Below are positions 19,495 to 28,959 of a DNA stretch of 50,662 nucleotides, piece by piece (the stretch's first letter is position 1; every line of letters starts with the position of its first letter). Where the stretch lies: the NCBI GenBank assembly GCA_943788915.1, contig CALSSD010000003.1, positions 1 through 50,662 on the forward strand, written 5' to 3'. The position numbers and the translations under genes are program-made. This DNA is from an uncultured Acidimicrobiales bacterium. GTDB lineage: Bacteria; Actinomycetota; Acidimicrobiia; Acidimicrobiales; UBA10347. Below the pieces are notes generated by a model. The model was not told where the DNA came from. It did not search any database and saw nothing but the letters and a program-made list of their open reading frames with translations.

Positions 19495-21552
19495 ATGCGA
19501 TTCACGATCCGTGCTGGAACAAGTGCAAGTGCTATTGCCGATCCGGTAATGCTCCGTGCCCTTGGTCTGCCACATGGCGGGGTCATCTCCGTAGGCAAAA
19601 CTCACACCCGTGTTACCGGTGGCGACACCAACGGCCCGACCGACCTGCTCCTCGATGACAAAACCATGAGTAACGCCGAGTTGCGGCCCGGCGCAAGCAT
19701 CGATGTGAAACGAGTCATTCTTCCCGTCGCCGAGGTCGTGCGATTCGGCGAACACCAACTCGAAGCACGAGTGCTCGCACGAGCGCTCCAAGGCGCACCC
19801 ATCACCGCTGGCGATCATGTCACGATCGAAGCTGGTTATTTCGGCGGTGACCACGATGTCGACCTCACCGTCACCGCCGTCGAACCCGATATCGGAGTCG
19901 TCGGATCCACTACCCGGTTCGCGATCGGGTCAGGTCCAGGCCAGGTCGCTCCTGCTTCTCGACCTTCTGCGTCAGCAACACGATCTCCTGTCGATAACCA
20001 CGCGCAGTCCGGAGCCCAGGCCGAACATCCGAGCACCGCAGCAGCACTGCTCGCCGGCCTCGACAACGAGGTTGAACTCATGACCGGCTGGTTCTCGCTG
20101 TTGGCCACATCCCAGGACTTGGCCACCTCGTGGAAGCTCCCTACGGTCGCTGGCATGTTGCTCGAGGGCCCCAACGGCTGCGGCAAGAGCGAACTCGTGC
20201 GCGAAGCCGCCAAACGCGCAGGCACCCAGGTCAGCGAGGTCGACATCAGCCGGGTCTTCAAGCCCGAAAAGCTGCTCGACCGGCTTTCGACCTCGGTCAA
20301 CGCTCCATCTGGACCTCGAGTGATCTTCGTCGACCGGCTTGAGACCCTCACCGGCGACGACGCACTCTCTACCTTCCGCACCCAGTTCGTGGCTGTGCTG
20401 CGATGGTTCCTCGAAGAGGTAGCTGCCAAACCTCAGGTCGTGTGTGTGCTCGGCGTCGACACCGTTGCCGACCTCCACAATTCCATCGCCAAGTCGCCGC
20501 TACTCCCCCGGGTTGTCAGCATTCCGCCGCCGGATCTCGATCGCCGCCAGCGCCTCTTCGAGGCTGCGTTCTCACGGGTTCCTGGCGCCGACGACATCGA
20601 CAGCCACCGGCTCGCCACATTGTCGTCGGGTTACTCCGGCGCCGACGTTTTGGCAGCAGTCGTGCATGCATCGTCGATGGTCACGGGAAACGGTGAAGCC
20701 CTTACAACCGAGATAGCGGTCGAAGCACTCGAGTCCACCACACCGTCTCTCGGTTCCGTTCCCATGGGCGAAATCACTGGTTTTGGCTTCGAAAAGGTGG
20801 CCAACCTGACCGATGTCAAACAGCGCCTCACCGAGGCCGTGATTTGGCCCATGACTCAGCCAGAGCGTTACGAACGACTCGGTATTGAGCCACCCAAGGG
20901 CATCATGCTCTACGGCCCTCCCGGCACCGGCAAGACCTTCGTGGTCAAGGCGTTAGCCCACGAGGCTGGAAGCGCCTTCTTCGCGGTCAAAGGCGCCGAA
21001 CTACTCGATAAATACGTGGGCGAAAGCGAACGCGCTGTGCGCACGGTGTTCTCTCGTGCACGTGACGCAGCGCCATCCATCATCTTCTTCGACGAGTTTG
21101 ATGCGCTGGCCCCGGTGCGAGGGAACTCTTCCAGTTCCGTTTCTGATCAGGTCGTCGCCGCGCTTCTCACCGAGATCGACGGCGTCTCCGACCGAGGCCA
21201 AGTATCTGTGATCGCTGCCACAAACCGCCTCGACCTGATCGATGGAGCGCTGCTACGTGCTGGTCGCTTCGAGACCCATATCAAGCTCGACTTGCCGGTG
21301 AAGAGCGCCCGACTGGCACTCCTCGAGATCACCGACGTGAGCCTTGCCGAAGACGTCGATCGCGAAGAACTTGCGGCCCAGACCGACGGCCTGTCGTTCG
21401 CCGACCTGACCGGAGTGCTCCGAGAAGCCGCACTGGCCACACTGCGTCGTGACGAGACCGCAACCGAAGTCGGCTGGAGTGACCTCGAAGCCGCTATTGC
21501 ACTGTTCGACGATCGCCGGGGTCCCTCAGCCGACGCCCGCGGCGACAACTAG
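19495..21552 (+). CDS. Cdc48/VCP-like double AAA+ ATPase (actinobacterial Cpa-like)
   Basis: N-domain followed by two AAA modules: GPNGCGKS and [26 protein letters not shown] and LLRAGRFE. Confidence 0.85.
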   Translation: MRFTIRAGTSASAIADPVMLRALGLPHGGVISVGKTHTRVTGGDTNGPTDLLLDDKTMSNAELRPGASIDVKRVILPVAEVVRFGEHQLEARVLARALQGAPITAGDHVTIEAGYFGGDHDVDLTVTAVEPDIGVVGSTTRFAIGSGPGQVAPASRPSASATRSPVDNHAQSGAQAEHPSTAAALLAGLDNEVELMTGWFSLLATSQDLATSWKLPTVAGMLLEGPNGCGKSELVREAAKRAGTQVSEVDISRVFKPEKLLDRLSTSVNAPSGPRVIFVDRLETLTGDDALSTFRTQFVAVLRWFLEEVAAKPQVVCVLGVDTVADLHNSIAKSPLLPRVVSIPPPDLDRRQRLFEAAFSRVPGADDIDSHRLATLSSGYSGADVLAAVVHASSMVTGNGEALTTEIAVEALESTTPSLGSVPMGEITGFGFEKVANLTDVKQRLTEAVIWPMTQPERYERLGIEPPKGIMLYGPPGTGKTFVVKALAHEAGSAFFAVKGAELLDKYVGESERAVRTVFSRARDAAPSIIFFDEFDALAPVRGNSSSSVSDQVVAALLTEIDGVSDRGQVSVIAATNRLDLIDGALLRAGRFETHIKLDLPVKSARLALLEITDVSLAEDVDREELAAQTDGLSFADLTGVLREAALATLRRDETATEVGWSDLEAAIALFDDRRGPSADARGDN

Positions 21553-21558
21553 ACCCGC

Positions 21559-22989
21559 ATGACTACGCAGTACGACCTGGTCGTTATTGGCGGCGGAACC
21601 GCGGGGCTGGTAGCAGCCCACGGCGCGGCCGGCATGGGTGCCACCGTGGCCATGATCGAACCCGACCACCCCGGCGGCGACTGCCTCTGGTACGGCTGTG
21701 TGCCAAGCAAACGCCTGCTGGCGGCTGCCCATGCGGCCCATGTCATGCGCACCGCTGACCGTCATGGCATCACCGCAGTCGAACCCGAGGTCAACTTCGC
21801 CGCAGTGATGGCACAGGTCAAACACGCACAAGAACATATTGCCCCCCATGACTCGGTCGAACGGCTCGAAGCTGCAGGTGTGGCAGTAATCCCTACCCTC
21901 GGCAAGTTCGTTGGCCCGGGCGAGATCGAGGCCGGTGGCAAGACCATCCGTTATCGCAAGGCAATGATTGCCACCGGCGCCTCACCGGTGGTGCCTGGCA
22001 TCACCGGGTTGCGGGAGAGCGAACCACTCACTAGCGACACAATCTGGGATCTGACCAAACTGCCCGAGCGTCTCGTTGTGATCGGCGGCGGCGCAATCGG
22101 TTGTGAACTTGGCCAAGCATTCAGTCGTCTTGGCAGCAAGGTCACCTTGGTCGAAGCAGCACCTCGAATCTTGAGCACCCTTGGCAAGAACGTGAGCGAG
22201 CTCGTCATGTCCCGTTTCGAAGCCGAAGGTATAACCGTGATGCCCCGAACCACGGTCACCGGTGTCGAGGGCTCAGCAACCAACGGCGACCTTGTGGTCA
22301 TCGCCGACCACGAAACTCGTATCGCCGCCGACCAGGTGTTGGTTGCGGTCGGACGTCGGCCAAATACCGCCAACCTGAACCTGAACGCGGTCGGCGTCGA
22401 ACTGACCGAGCGAGGCCATGTCAAGGTCGACGACAGACTCGAAACCACTAACGACCACATCTATGCCGGTGGTGATGTGATCGGCAAAATGCCCTTCACT
22501 CACACTGCTGGCATGCACGGCGGGTTAGTCGTGTCGAACGCCCTTTTCGGCCTCCGTCGCAAAGCGGACCACGAACGTATTCCGTATGCCATCTTCTGCG
22601 ATCCTGAGGTCGCCAGTGTCGGCCGGATCAGGCCCAACGGCGACGAAGAACTCACCGTCTCACACTTCGACTATGAACACCTCGACCGGCAGGTGACGAC
22701 CGGCGAACCGGTGGGTTTCGTCGATCTGTTCACCGACAACAAGGGCCATCTTGTAGGCGCCACAATCGTCGGCGATACCGCGGGCGAAACCATCAACGAG
22801 ATGACCGCCCGCATTCTGGCAGGCGACAAGCTCCGAGCCATTGGCCAAATGGTCCGCCCGTACCCAACATTCGCCGAAGGTCCGGCGAAGGCCGCAAACG
22901 AGGTCCTTCGGGAACAATTCTTCACCGAACGCACCCGCACGTTCACCCGCCCCGTGCTCAGACTGCTACGCAAGTTCGACAAGCCGTAA
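21559..22989 (+). CDS. Pyridine nucleotide-disulfide oxidoreductase (mercuric reductase/dihydrolipoamide dehydrogenase-like)
   Basis: GGGTAG, GGDCLWYGCVPSK, GGGAIGCE and IYAGGD; ends in YPTFAE with no MerA C-terminal Cys pair. Confidence 0.88.
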   Translation: MTTQYDLVVIGGGTAGLVAAHGAAGMGATVAMIEPDHPGGDCLWYGCVPSKRLLAAAHAAHVMRTADRHGITAVEPEVNFAAVMAQVKHAQEHIAPHDSVERLEAAGVAVIPTLGKFVGPGEIEAGGKTIRYRKAMIATGASPVVPGITGLRESEPLTSDTIWDLTKLPERLVVIGGGAIGCELGQAFSRLGSKVTLVEAAPRILSTLGKNVSELVMSRFEAEGITVMPRTTVTGVEGSATNGDLVVIADHETRIAADQVLVAVGRRPNTANLNLNAVGVELTERGHVKVDDRLETTNDHIYAGGDVIGKMPFTHTAGMHGGLVVSNALFGLRRKADHERIPYAIFCDPEVASVGRIRPNGDEELTVSHFDYEHLDRQVTTGEPVGFVDLFTDNKGHLVGATIVGDTAGETINEMTARILAGDKLRAIGQMVRPYPTFAEGPAKAANEVLREQFFTERTRTFTRPVLRLLRKFDKP

Positions 22990-22994
22990 CAGTT

Positions 22995-23105
22995 TTCCAC
23001 CGCTCCGCTCGGGCCGAGGTTCGTCGGATATGGCTTACCGACCACCGTTGCAGCTCATCCGTTGCTCGCTGCCCGCTCATCCCTCGCTCCGAACTCCCTT
23101 CCACC
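22995..23105. repeat. Intergenic multi-hairpin element related to the 82-bp repeat core, flanked by TTCCACC direct repeats
   Basis: gctcatccctcgctccgaactccct (23075-23099) resembles gctcgtccctcgccgaaaccct of the unit; TTCCACC at 22995-23001 and 23099-23105. Confidence 0.45.
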
Positions 23106-23118
23106 AGGTTCTGGCTGG

Positions 23119-23712
23119 CTAGTGCAGGAGGCGGGTAATGATCGCTAGTCGTTGGAGCAAGGTGATCCCAACGAGCACGGCCCAGATCCACAACAACGGC
23201 TCAGCCTGCGACGGAAAGGCGAGGATCAGGATGTAGGCAGCGATTGTCTCTGAACCCTCGGCGATCCCTGCTGGGAACTGCAAACTCCGACCGTCACCTT
23301 CCATCCGACGTTTGGTCGCAAGGCTCGAGAACGCCAGGAAAGATGAACCAGAGAGGTAATACATCAAAAACACCACCAAGCCAGCCAGACGAGCTTCGGG
23401 CAGGGCGATACCAACCGCCACCACCACGCCGCCATAGATCGCAAAGTCAGCAAGAATGTCGAGTAGGCCACCAAGGTCGGTCGGCCCGGTACGTCTGGCC
23501 AACGGCCCGTCGAGTCCATCAGCCAGGCGGTTCACAATCCATAACGCCAACCCGAGCCACCAGTGTTCGTACGCGATCGCCACACAGCCAGCAACGCCGA
23601 CGGCGAAGCCGATACCAGTCACGGTATTGGGGCCTAGTCCGATCCGCTCAAGCGGTATCGCCGCCCGGTCCAGCGGGCCCGCCAACCGCGCCCTAAACGC
23701 CGCATCGAGCAT
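23119..23712 (-). CDS. CDP-alcohol phosphatidyltransferase family protein (YnjF-like)
   Basis: PNTVT and the signature DGLDGPLARR..TDLGGLLDILAD; TGATG coupling with the upstream gene. Confidence 0.9.
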   Translation of the reverse strand: MLDAAFRARLAGPLDRAAIPLERIGLGPNTVTGIGFAVGVAGCVAIAYEHWWLGLALWIVNRLADGLDGPLARRTGPTDLGGLLDILADFAIYGGVVVAVGIALPEARLAGLVVFLMYYLSGSSFLAFSSLATKRRMEGDGRSLQFPAGIAEGSETIAAYILILAFPSQAEPLLWIWAVLVGITLLQRLAIITRLLH

Positions 23713-24380
23713 CAGCTGACTGCCCGGTCCCGTATCCGTCGGGCCCACAGACTGCTTCCGACAAGCACAACAAGGAGGGTACCGAGCAGGACCAGGAACG
23801 TTATGCCCCTCGGGTTGTCGGCCTGGGCGCCAAGCCCAGTTGCCAGCAGCGTGGCCGGGGCCATCCCGATCACCGATGCCAGCACATACCGGGAAAGCCG
23901 GACCGAAGTCAGTCCAGAACCGTAGTTGAGCAGGTTAAACGGCACGATCGGCATCAACCGCAGAACCAGAATCGATGTGAAGTCGTTACGGCCGATGAAG
24001 TCGTCGATGTTCGACAGTCGGCTACCGAACAAGGATTGGGCACCGTCGCGCCCCATGGCTCGGGAAATGATGAACGCACAAGTGGAACCAATTGTCGCAC
24101 CAGCCAAAGCGGCCGCTGCTCCGACCGGAAAGCCAAAAACGGCACCAGCGGTGACGGTGCCTAGTGTCCCCGGCAAGAGCAGCACGACGGTCAACGCGTA
24201 GGTCGCAACAAATGCAATAAATCCCCAGTTGCTTTCCCCGACTTCGGTCAGCAGGTCGCGTGCGCCATCGGTGCCGCCAATAGCCAATCCAACGCCCGCC
24301 CCAACCAAGGCCACGACCAACACCACCAGCCTGGCTATCGCCAGCGGCGACCGAGGATGCGATGTGGGCTCGGTCGACAC
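23712..24380 (-). CDS. TVP38/TMEM64 (YdjX, VTT/SNARE-associated) membrane protein
   Basis: AGAVFG, GATIGSTCAFIISR, LRLMPIVPFNLLNYGSG and SVIGMAP motifs. Confidence 0.9.
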   Translation of the reverse strand: MSTEPTSHPRSPLAIARLVVLVVALVGAGVGLAIGGTDGARDLLTEVGESNWGFIAFVATYALTVVLLLPGTLGTVTAGAVFGFPVGAAAALAGATIGSTCAFIISRAMGRDGAQSLFGSRLSNIDDFIGRNDFTSILVLRLMPIVPFNLLNYGSGLTSVRLSRYVLASVIGMAPATLLATGLGAQADNPRGITFLVLLGTLLVVLVGSSLWARRIRDRAVS

Positions 24381-24467
24381 CGACTCATCATGCCCGACAG
24401 ACTGATGTGCTGCGTTGTCCTGGCCACTGGCAGCACACCAGAGGTAGCGGCACCGACGTTGATAGGG

Positions 24468-26057
24468 CTAGATGGATCGACCGGCGTCGGCCCAGTACTC
24501 GTCCTTGAGCAGGCGCTTGTACAGCTTGCCGGTTGGATGACGAGGCAGCTCTTCGCGGAAGTCGACCGAACGAGGACACTTAACGTCGGCGAGATGTTCA
24601 CGACAATACGCGATAAGTGTGCGTTCCAGCGTGGCGAGATCTTCGTCGTTCGCAGGCATCGTGGCAGGCTGCACGATCGCCTTGACCTCTTCGCCAAAGT
24701 CATCGTTCGGCACACCAATCACGGCTACATCGAACACATCGGGATGCATGGTGAGCACGTTCTCTGCCTCTTGTGGGTACACGTTCACACCACCCGTGAT
24801 GATCATGTACGCCTTGCGGTCGGTCAGATACAGGAAGCCGTCCTCATCGACCTTGCCGACGTCGCCAAGTGTTGACCAGCCCTTGTCGTTTCGTGACGAC
24901 GCGGTCTTTTCTTCGTCGTTGTGGTATTCGAACTCACCGCCATCGCTGAAGAAGATCGCCCCAGCCTCGCCAGCCGGCAGCTCGTTGCCGTCGTCGTCCA
25001 GGATGTGTAACACGCCATTCAACGGGCGCCCGACGGTTCCCGGGTGCGTGAGCCAGTCTTCGCTGTTCACATAACAGAAGCCGTTGCCTTCGGTACCTGC
25101 GTAGTACTCATGCAACACCGGACCCCACCAGTCGATCATCTTGTGCTTGACCTCGACCGGGCACGGAGCTGCCGCGTGGACTGCCACGCCCAACGATGAG
25201 ACGTCGTACTTGGCACGGACTTCGGCATCGAGCTTGAGCATGCGCACGAACATGGTCGGCACCCACTGACTGGTGGTGATCTGATGCTGCTCGATCGTCT
25301 GCAATGCATGTTCGGGATCGAATCGTTCCATGACCACCACCGTTCCGCCCACCCGCTGCACGTTCATACAAAAGCGAAGCGGTGCGGCGTGATAGAGCGG
25401 CGCAGGCGACAAGTACTTACAGCCGTCAGTGACCCCAAACAGCATCGCCAACAACATGAGCAAAGCCGGCGGTGTGCCCAGAGGGACGTCCGGTGCGGTG
25501 ACCTTGACGCCTTTGGGCTGGCCAGTTGTACCGGACGAATACAACATGTCGGAGGCTTCCCTGCGATCAGCAATGGGCTCACTTGGTTGGCCGGCGATGG
25601 CATCTTCGAACGACTCGTGCCCTTCGACATGACCGCCGACTGCAAGCCGCACCCGTACGTTGGGGGTGCTCTCCATGATGGCTGACGCTGCCTCGGCCTT
25701 GTATGGCGTCGTGATGAAGGCTTGCGCTCCACAGTCGTTCACGATGTACTCGACTTCTTCCGACGTCAGTCGAGAACTTATGGCGGTGTAGTAGAGCCCG
25801 GCGTAGTGACAACCCCATGCGATCGGCAAGAACTCAGCTCGGTTCTCCATACAGAACGCCACATGGTCGCCACGCTCAAGCCCGGCGGCGCGAAACAGCT
25901 GCGAGAGCCGGTTGGCCATGTCGTCGAGTTCGGCATAGGTTATGACTTCACCTGATGTCGCCATGACCACCGCAGCCCGATCTGGCTCACGGGCGGCGAC
26001 CTCTCCCGGGTAACGGAGTGGATCCGGGGTCTGCGCATCTTCTGCAGTATTCGACAT
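24468..26057 (-). CDS. Acyl-CoA synthetase (AMP-binding, fatty-acid-CoA ligase)
   Basis: MLYSSGTTGQPKG, PLYHAAP, EYYAGTEG, TLGDVG and DRKAYMIITGGVNVYPQEAE; TACCTT 7 nt before ATG 26057. Confidence 0.93.
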   Translation of the reverse strand: MSNTAEDAQTPDPLRYPGEVAAREPDRAAVVMATSGEVITYAELDDMANRLSQLFRAAGLERGDHVAFCMENRAEFLPIAWGCHYAGLYYTAISSRLTSEEVEYIVNDCGAQAFITTPYKAEAASAIMESTPNVRVRLAVGGHVEGHESFEDAIAGQPSEPIADRREASDMLYSSGTTGQPKGVKVTAPDVPLGTPPALLMLLAMLFGVTDGCKYLSPAPLYHAAPLRFCMNVQRVGGTVVVMERFDPEHALQTIEQHQITTSQWVPTMFVRMLKLDAEVRAKYDVSSLGVAVHAAAPCPVEVKHKMIDWWGPVLHEYYAGTEGNGFCYVNSEDWLTHPGTVGRPLNGVLHILDDDGNELPAGEAGAIFFSDGGEFEYHNDEEKTASSRNDKGWSTLGDVGKVDEDGFLYLTDRKAYMIITGGVNVYPQEAENVLTMHPDVFDVAVIGVPNDDFGEEVKAIVQPATMPANDEDLATLERTLIAYCREHLADVKCPRSVDFREELPRHPTGKLYKRLLKDEYWADAGRSI

Positions 26058-26358
26058 GGCTGAAAAGGTAGTCGGCGGGTGGCGTTCGATCCTGATCCGA
26101 GCAGTGATCATCCGGAAAACTGCGAGATGCGAATCTCTGAGCGTCGAGGTCGCTACTTCCTCGGCCATGACCTTGCTCAATCAGGTCATGATGCCGTTGG
26201 TGCAATTACGGCGCTCGGCGCCTCGGCTTCGTCATACTCAGCGACGCCTAACCAGTAAACAAACGGCCGAACCGAGCCGGTCTCCGCGGCCGCATAGACC
26301 CGCACAACATGGAGTCTCCCTTGGTGCGACTGTTGTCGTTTTCAGACGGAGTGCGCCA

Positions 26359-27162
26359 TTAGATGAAATCGAGCACCGCTGCCCAGCCACCACGTTCGGG
26401 GCGGTCAATAACGTGGTCGGCAAGATCTATGGCTCGCTGGTCGCCGCCACGCACTGCTATTGCCACGTCGGCCATAGCCAACATCTCAAGATCATTGCCG
26501 CCATCACCCACCGCAATAATGCGATCGGGGACGATCTCGGCATGGTCAAGATAGGCCCGAATACCGACCACCTTGGTCACATTCTCTGGTGCCAACATGA
26601 GGCTAAACGGCGGATCGAGATGGTCGGCATAGGAGAAAGCCTGCACGCCGACCAGCGCCGTCAGCTCAGCCAGTGCCGGCTGCACCTGTGCCAGCTCGAG
26701 GCCGAGCATACTCAGGCCCAAAACATCGCTCCGAGGCGCGACGTCTGCCATAGAAGACCATTCCAGATCCGCACCCAAACTCTCAAGATGTCTCACGCTG
26801 GAGGTCACGCCTTCGACAACCAAAGCACGGGTATCTGCCAGATAGGCCACAGGGCCAAGGTCAAACGCCACCAGTAGATCAATCACGCTACGGAGAGCAT
26901 CGACATCAAAGGCGACCTGATGGAAGATCGCTTCGGCATCGAAGTCGAAGCCGATCGCACCATTCAGCAACACCGACGGCAACGTGAAACCGTTGGCGAT
27001 GTAGGCACTTCGGGCACTATTACGCCGTCGGCCAGTGGCAACCAACAATTCGACATCGTCGCGGTCGCGCAGCAAATGAACCGCTGCCAAGGTCGAGGGG
27101 TGGCACCGAAGCGTCTTATCCCATACGGTTCCGTCGAGGTCAGTCACCACCAGCGTTGTCAT
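26359..27162 (-). CDS. Cof-type HAD-IIB family hydrolase
   Basis: VTDLDGT, VATGR, LLNGA, VTK and VGDGGNDLEML motifs. Confidence 0.9.
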   Translation of the reverse strand: MTTLVVTDLDGTVWDKTLRCHPSTLAAVHLLRDRDDVELLVATGRRRNSARSAYIANGFTLPSVLLNGAIGFDFDAEAIFHQVAFDVDALRSVIDLLVAFDLGPVAYLADTRALVVEGVTSSVRHLESLGADLEWSSMADVAPRSDVLGLSMLGLELAQVQPALAELTALVGVQAFSYADHLDPPFSLMLAPENVTKVVGIRAYLDHAEIVPDRIIAVGDGGNDLEMLAMADVAIAVRGGDQRAIDLADHVIDRPERGGWAAVLDFI

Positions 27163-27173
27163 AGGAATCGATG

Positions 27174-28034
27174 CTACTGACTCAGTGAACTTCGCAGGTT
27201 ACGCAGCTTGATGGCAGTTCGACCAACGCGCATCTCGGCGACGTCGAGTTCACCAACAGTGGTTGCCGCCGCGAGAGCGGTGGAAATCGAACTCACAAAT
27301 TCTCGTGAGTCATGCCACGTCCGCTGGGCTGCGTTGTCCGGTGACGCCGCAACGATGGGCCGAAGCGACTCGACCTCGGGTCCGAGTTGTCCTGCCCAAT
27401 CGATGAGCACCGCTTTTCGGTTCACGAACTGGTAGTGCCGCCTGAGGCGCCGTTTTCGTGCCTGCAGATAAGACCAAGCACCCGACAGCATGAACAGAGC
27501 GGCGAGGATGAACAGCAGGAGCAGCGCGGTCCGGGCCAAGCTGCCGTCGCGTTCCTCGAGACCCTCGAACTCGAGGACGTTCGCAAACGCCGCAGCCGAC
27601 TCACCGATATCGGACTGGACCTTGGCAGCGCCAACAGCCCGATCGAGCTGACTCTCCGTCATGTCTCGGCTCGCTCCTTCGAACGCGGCCTGCCCCGCCT
27701 GATACGAAATGGCAGTACCGCCGTAACGATCGACGACAGACGTGGCCGACACGAACTCACCGTCGGGCGCAGCCACCACGATACGCAACGTCGTGCCAGC
27801 GACCTCGGCTCGCAGCACGGACTGCAGGAGCACGTTCGCTGGCAGTTCGTCGCCGTCGGCGTTGAGGTCAGCAATAGTGTTGTTTGTTCTATCGAGCTCG
27901 GCGATGACCGCATCGGGAAGCGGGTCCGCTGACTCGGTGCAACTCGTGAGTAAAACCAGCACTCCGCCCAGTGACAGGCACAGCCAAATCGTTTTGATGG
28001 ATCGCCGTGAAAGTGCAGATGCCGGGGGCCTCAC
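27174..28034 (-). CDS. Hypothetical membrane-anchored (lipo)protein
   Basis: Signal peptide with LTSC lipobox, internal TM segment (LLLLFILAALFMLSGAW) and helical tail; GTGA overlap with the upstream gene. Confidence 0.7.
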   Translation of the reverse strand: MRPPASALSRRSIKTIWLCLSLGGVLVLLTSCTESADPLPDAVIAELDRTNNTIADLNADGDELPANVLLQSVLRAEVAGTTLRIVVAAPDGEFVSATSVVDRYGGTAISYQAGQAAFEGASRDMTESQLDRAVGAAKVQSDIGESAAAFANVLEFEGLEERDGSLARTALLLLFILAALFMLSGAWSYLQARKRRLRRHYQFVNRKAVLIDWAGQLGPEVESLRPIVAASPDNAAQRTWHDSREFVSSISTALAAATTVGELDVAEMRVGRTAIKLRNLRSSLSQ

Positions 28035-28390
28035 GAACCCCGACCGTAGTCGTCTTCGATGCGCTCAATGTCGTCTTCACCGAAGTAGTCGCCTACTTGG
28101 ACCTCGATCACGACCAGCGGGTCCTCGGTCCGGTTGGCAACCCGATGCGCCGATCCGCGAGGTATGTCAATCGCATGCCCAGCGTCGACGGTGTGTTCGA
28201 CGTCTTCGAGGGTCACGCTGGCTTGTCCTGAGACGACATACCAGTGTTCCGCACGTTGTTGATGACGCTGATAGCTCAATCGATGCCCTGGCGTAACCGT
28301 GATTCGCTTTACCTTGTGTGAGGGCGAGTCTTCGAGTACCTGGTAGTTACCCCACGGGCGTTCCTCGTATTCGAGTTCAGACATGTACAC
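28031..28390 (-). CDS. Phosphomannose isomerase type II C-terminal cupin domain protein
   Basis: ERPWGNY, KVKRITVTPG, LSYQRHQQRAEHW and IEVQVGDYFGEDDIERIEDDYGR. Confidence 0.92.
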   Translation of the reverse strand: MYMSELEYEERPWGNYQVLEDSPSHKVKRITVTPGHRLSYQRHQQRAEHWYVVSGQASVTLEDVEHTVDAGHAIDIPRGSAHRVANRTEDPLVVIEVQVGDYFGEDDIERIEDDYGRGS

Positions 28391-28462
28391 GGACTTTCAC
28401 TAATTTGGGCTGAGTGGGTGCACAACCGTCGGCCGCCAGTTCCTTTGGGCTGCAACGTGTTG

Positions 28463-28861
28463 CTAACAGCGTCCTACGATCCGGTTGACAACAATCTCGA
28501 TCGTACGTCGGTCAGCGCCACGATCGCCTGGCGGGCGATACCGCTCTGCGTAACGACGTTCGGCATCAGCATTGATCGTCGGGTCTGCAGTCACGGTCGC
28601 GGCACCGTGCAGCGTGAACCATCTGCCGCCATCCACCTGGCTCAACGCAGCTGGCGTTGCATCCCGGGCGGCCACGATCCGAACCTTTTTCGCGTCGGCG
28701 AACGTGATCACGCGTGCAGTTTGGGTCTCGTTGTCCCATGTGAAACCGACCGGCGTGACGTGTAGCTCACCGCCTGCATCGATCAACGACAGCGTCGCCA
28801 GATGCCGTTCGGCAAGAAACGTCAAGGCTTCTGGAGACAGCTGATCAGGTGCATGTGCCAC
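28463..28861 (-). CDS. PPOX-class (pyridoxamine 5'-phosphate oxidase-like) probable F420-dependent enzyme
   Basis: FLAERHLATLS, HVTPVGFTWD, SQVDGGRWFTLHG and AERRYAERYR; TACTCT 6 nt before GTG 28861. Confidence 0.85.
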   Translation of the reverse strand: MAHAPDQLSPEALTFLAERHLATLSLIDAGGELHVTPVGFTWDNETQTARVITFADAKKVRIVAARDATPAALSQVDGGRWFTLHGAATVTADPTINADAERRYAERYRPPGDRGADRRTIEIVVNRIVGRC

Positions 28862-28959
28862 AACCACAGAGTATCGGGACCGTCGGTGTGGGCTCCGGCA
28901 CCCACCAGGCGCTAGATTCACAGAGTCCTGTTCTCGACGACTCCGGTCTATCGCACGCC

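Noticed and set aside
21559..22989. merA mercury resistance gene
   Set aside because: No C-terminal Cys pair, no N-terminal metal-binding domain, and no merR/merT/merP nearby.
24406..24437. 8-bp inverted repeat tgtgctgc/gcagcaca after the acyl-CoA synthetase
   Set aside because: 16-nt loop and no U-tract; could be a weak terminator but I cannot support it.
26139..26216. tRNA gene
   Set aside because: Stem and loop sizes are wrong, with no T-loop consensus and no CCA; kept only as a candidate structured element.
26056..26877. 273-aa plus-strand ORF
   Set aside because: Largely antisense to the Cof hydrolase and has no motifs; long shadow ORFs are expected at high GC.
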